Assembly: GCA_003133025.1 (NCBI GenBank)
Contig: PKZK01000004.1
Coordinates: 6,693 to 24,330 of the forward strand
DNA: 17,638 nt
Origin: Vulcanimicrobiota bacterium
GTDB taxonomy: Bacteria > Vulcanimicrobiota > Vulcanimicrobiia > Vulcanimicrobiales > Vulcanimicrobiaceae
Reading direction: 5' to 3'
The notes under the pieces are model-generated. The model was not told the origin of the DNA and made no database searches. It saw nothing but the letters and a program-made list of their open reading frames with translations. Below are positions 15,932 to 17,638 of this stretch, piece after piece. The position numbers were made by a program, and so were the translations under genes. Positions within the stretch are counted from its first letter, which is position 1. Each line of letters begins with the position of its first letter.

Positions 15932-16492
15932 CTACCGCGGGCGTTCGATCGTGTCGTGCACGCCGTTGTAATCGGAGTAGAGGATGGTCAGGTCCTCGGC
16001 CTTACAGCGCTGCGCGAGGTACGTCTGCGGATCGAAGTCGCACGTCTCCTCGGTGCCGTCCTTCTTGAACGTATAGGCGAACTGGCCGAGCCTCTTGCCG
16101 TCGCGCACGATGTCGGGCCGGCGTTCGATGGGCGAGTTGGTGGCCTTGGCGTCGCGTAAGAGCCCAGAGATGTCGACGTAGAGGTTGTCGGAGGGTGCGT
16201 CCGACTTCTGCCACTTGCCGTCGCCGAAGATCCAGTAGTCGCTGCCGATGAAGATCGTCTTGGTCGCCTTCCCGCCGAAAACCGTCGTGACCTTATACCG
16301 GTCGGGCGCGAGGAAGAAGCCGTTGGAGCGCACGGAGCCCAGCACGGCGAGTCTGTACGACGTTATCTTGGCGTAGGCCGCGAAGAGATGGTCGCGCAAC
16401 GCCTGATCGCCGGTTGCGGCCGGAGCGGGCCGGGGTAAAGCAAAGAGTCCCAGGATCGACAGGAGCGCCGCGCGGCGCGCATGAGTCGGCAT
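15932..16492 (-). CDS. Secreted hypothetical protein, probable LolA/LppX-like fold
   Basis: ATG 16492 with AAGGA upstream; signal peptide ARRAALLSILGLFAL...APA. Beta-rich pattern PDRYKV, YWIF...WQK and C-terminal ILYSDYN...IERP. Confidence 0.65.
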   Translation of the reverse strand: MPTHARRAALLSILGLFALPRPAPAATGDQALRDHLFAAYAKITSYRLAVLGSVRSNGFFLAPDRYKVTTVFGGKATKTIFIGSDYWIFGDGKWQKSDAPSDNLYVDISGLLRDAKATNSPIERRPDIVRDGKRLGQFAYTFKKDGTEETCDFDPQTYLAQRCKAEDLTILYSDYNGVHDTIERPR

Positions 16493-16551
16493 ACTTCTTC
16501 CTTCAGCACGCCGCCGGGCGCGGCCCGCCCGCACGGCGAAGGAACGCCCCC

Positions 16552-17262
16552 ATGAACGAGCCGATCGACCTCATCTCACACGCGGCGCTCAAAGAACTCC
16601 GTTCGTTCACGCGGCGTACCGGGCAACCGACCGAAATCGGGCAGCTCGACCTCGCGCCGATGGAACACGTGACGAACATCGAGATCACCGAAGAGCACGT
16701 GACGATCACCTACAACGAGAAGACGACGCACCGCTATAACGTCAACGAAGTCTCGCACAAGGAATGGTCGTATAAATACAACGACGACCCCGAGTTCGTG
16801 AAAGCGATCGGCGCGGTGATCGATCTCGCGCGCAAACATCTGCGCGACCTGCCCGACAATTTGGCCTGCCCACCCGGCTGCGCCGAGTGCTGCAGCGGCT
16901 ACGAGCCGTTCGTTTCGAAGGCCGACGTGCAACGCATTGCCGACCACTTCGCGATTCCGTACGCCGAGGCACTCGAGAATTACGTGGTCCAGCGGCCTTC
17001 GGCCGACGGCTACATCGTGGGGTATCTGCGTAAGGTCGGCGATGACATCACCGACAAGTGCATCTTCCTCAAGGGCAGCGGCAGCGGCCGCTACTATTGC
17101 GGCATCTACACGTCGCGACCGCACGACTGCGGCGCGTTCACGCCGATCGGCTGCGACGACGTCGATACGAGCCTGCGCTACGATCGCAAGTTCGTGCCGG
17201 GCCCGCCCTTCGCGCGCGCGCCGCGGCCGTCGATGAAAGCCAAGAGCAAACGCCGGCGATGA
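16552..17262 (+). CDS. YkgJ / CxxCxxCC-family cysteine-cluster (Fe-S or Zn) protein
   Basis: ATG 16552 with AAGGA SD. CPPGCAECC...CIFL...CGIYTSRPHDC...C gives 8 Cys, preceded by an ~100-aa N-terminal extension. Confidence 0.85.
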   Translation: MNEPIDLISHAALKELRSFTRRTGQPTEIGQLDLAPMEHVTNIEITEEHVTITYNEKTTHRYNVNEVSHKEWSYKYNDDPEFVKAIGAVIDLARKHLRDLPDNLACPPGCAECCSGYEPFVSKADVQRIADHFAIPYAEALENYVVQRPSADGYIVGYLRKVGDDITDKCIFLKGSGSGRYYCGIYTSRPHDCGAFTPIGCDDVDTSLRYDRKFVPGPPFARAPRPSMKAKSKRRR

Positions 17263-17638
17263 CCGCCGCCGCGGCGCACGTCTCGGGCCCCGATCCGCGC
17301 ACGAAGCGCTACGACGCGATCGTCGTCGGCGCGGGGCATAACGGGCTCGTCGCCGCAGCCTATCTCGCCAAAGCCGGTCGACAGGTTCTTGTCATCGAAC
17401 GCCGTGACGTACTCGGCGGCGCGGCGATCAGCGAAGCCGTGTGGCCCGGGTGGACCGTCTCGACCGCCTCGTACGTGTGCAGCCTCCTGCACCCGACGAT
17501 CGTCGAAGAACTCTCGCTCAAAGCCCACGGCTATCACGCGTATGCGAAAGACCCGTCGTCGTTCACGCCGCTGCTCGACGGGCGTTCGCTCTTGCTCTCG
17601 CGCGACGATGCCGAAAACGCGCGCGAGATCGCGGCCTT
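17259..17638 (+). CDS. Phytoene dehydrogenase-like FAD oxidoreductase (COG1233-type), 3' truncated by window edge
   Basis: Not in the ORF track; translated by hand from ATG 17259 (ATGA overlap): MTAAAAHVSGPDPRTKRYDAIVVGAGHNGLVAAAYLAKAGRQVLVIERRDVLGGAAISEAVWPGWTVSTASYVCSLL... Confidence 0.9.
   Translation, partial: MTAAAAHVSGPDPRTKRYDAIVVGAGHNGLVAAAYLAKAGRQVLVIERRDVLGGAAISEAVWPGWTVSTASYVCSLLHPTIVEELSLKAHGYHAYAKDPSSFTPLLDGRSLLLSRDDAENAREIAA

Noticed and set aside
2996..17537. Numerous long antisense or alternate-frame ORFs (e.g. 5917-7140, 7648-8904, 12799-14184, 13986-15221)
   Set aside because: These are shadow ORFs expected in high-GC DNA. They are Arg/Ala/Pro-biased, lack motifs and overlap well-supported genes.
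1..17638. CRISPR array, tandem repeat array, riboswitch or defence-system genes
   Set aside because: No regularly spaced repeats or recognisable motifs were seen by eye. A covariance-model search of 2465-3010 would be needed to exclude a small RNA.

Overview
High-GC bacterial chromosomal segment; the gene set is reminiscent of Eremiobacterota/Chloroflexota-type soil bacteria (inference only). Positions ~1-3000 are a lower-GC accessory region. It holds the 3' end and right IR of an IS256-family element, a complete ~1.37 kb IS3-family element (orfA/orfB, imperfect TG...CA IRs, candidate -1 frameshift cassette with an H-type pseudoknot) and an orphan lipoprotein. The rest looks like core genome. 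A long minus-strand run encodes a lytic transglycosylase lipoprotein, prolyl oligopeptidase, EgtD-like methyltransferase, class I gamma-glutamyl hydrolase, ECF sigma, zinc-binding anti-sigma, ABC ATPase and ABC permease. Next come a plus-strand pair (His-box fatty-acid-hydroxylase-superfamily protein and plant MGD1-type glycolipid synthase), a ROK kinase-SDR pair, an M20 amidohydrolase, a secreted LolA/LppX-like protein, a YkgJ-type Cys-cluster protein and the start of a phytoene-dehydrogenase-like flavoprotein. No rRNA, intact tRNA or CRISPR array was seen. The best candidates for undescribed biology are the hydroxylase + MGDG-synthase pair, the egtD + class I gamma-glutamyl hydrolase coupling and the unusual IS3 frameshift signal. 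All family calls come from motif recognition by eye, without database searches.
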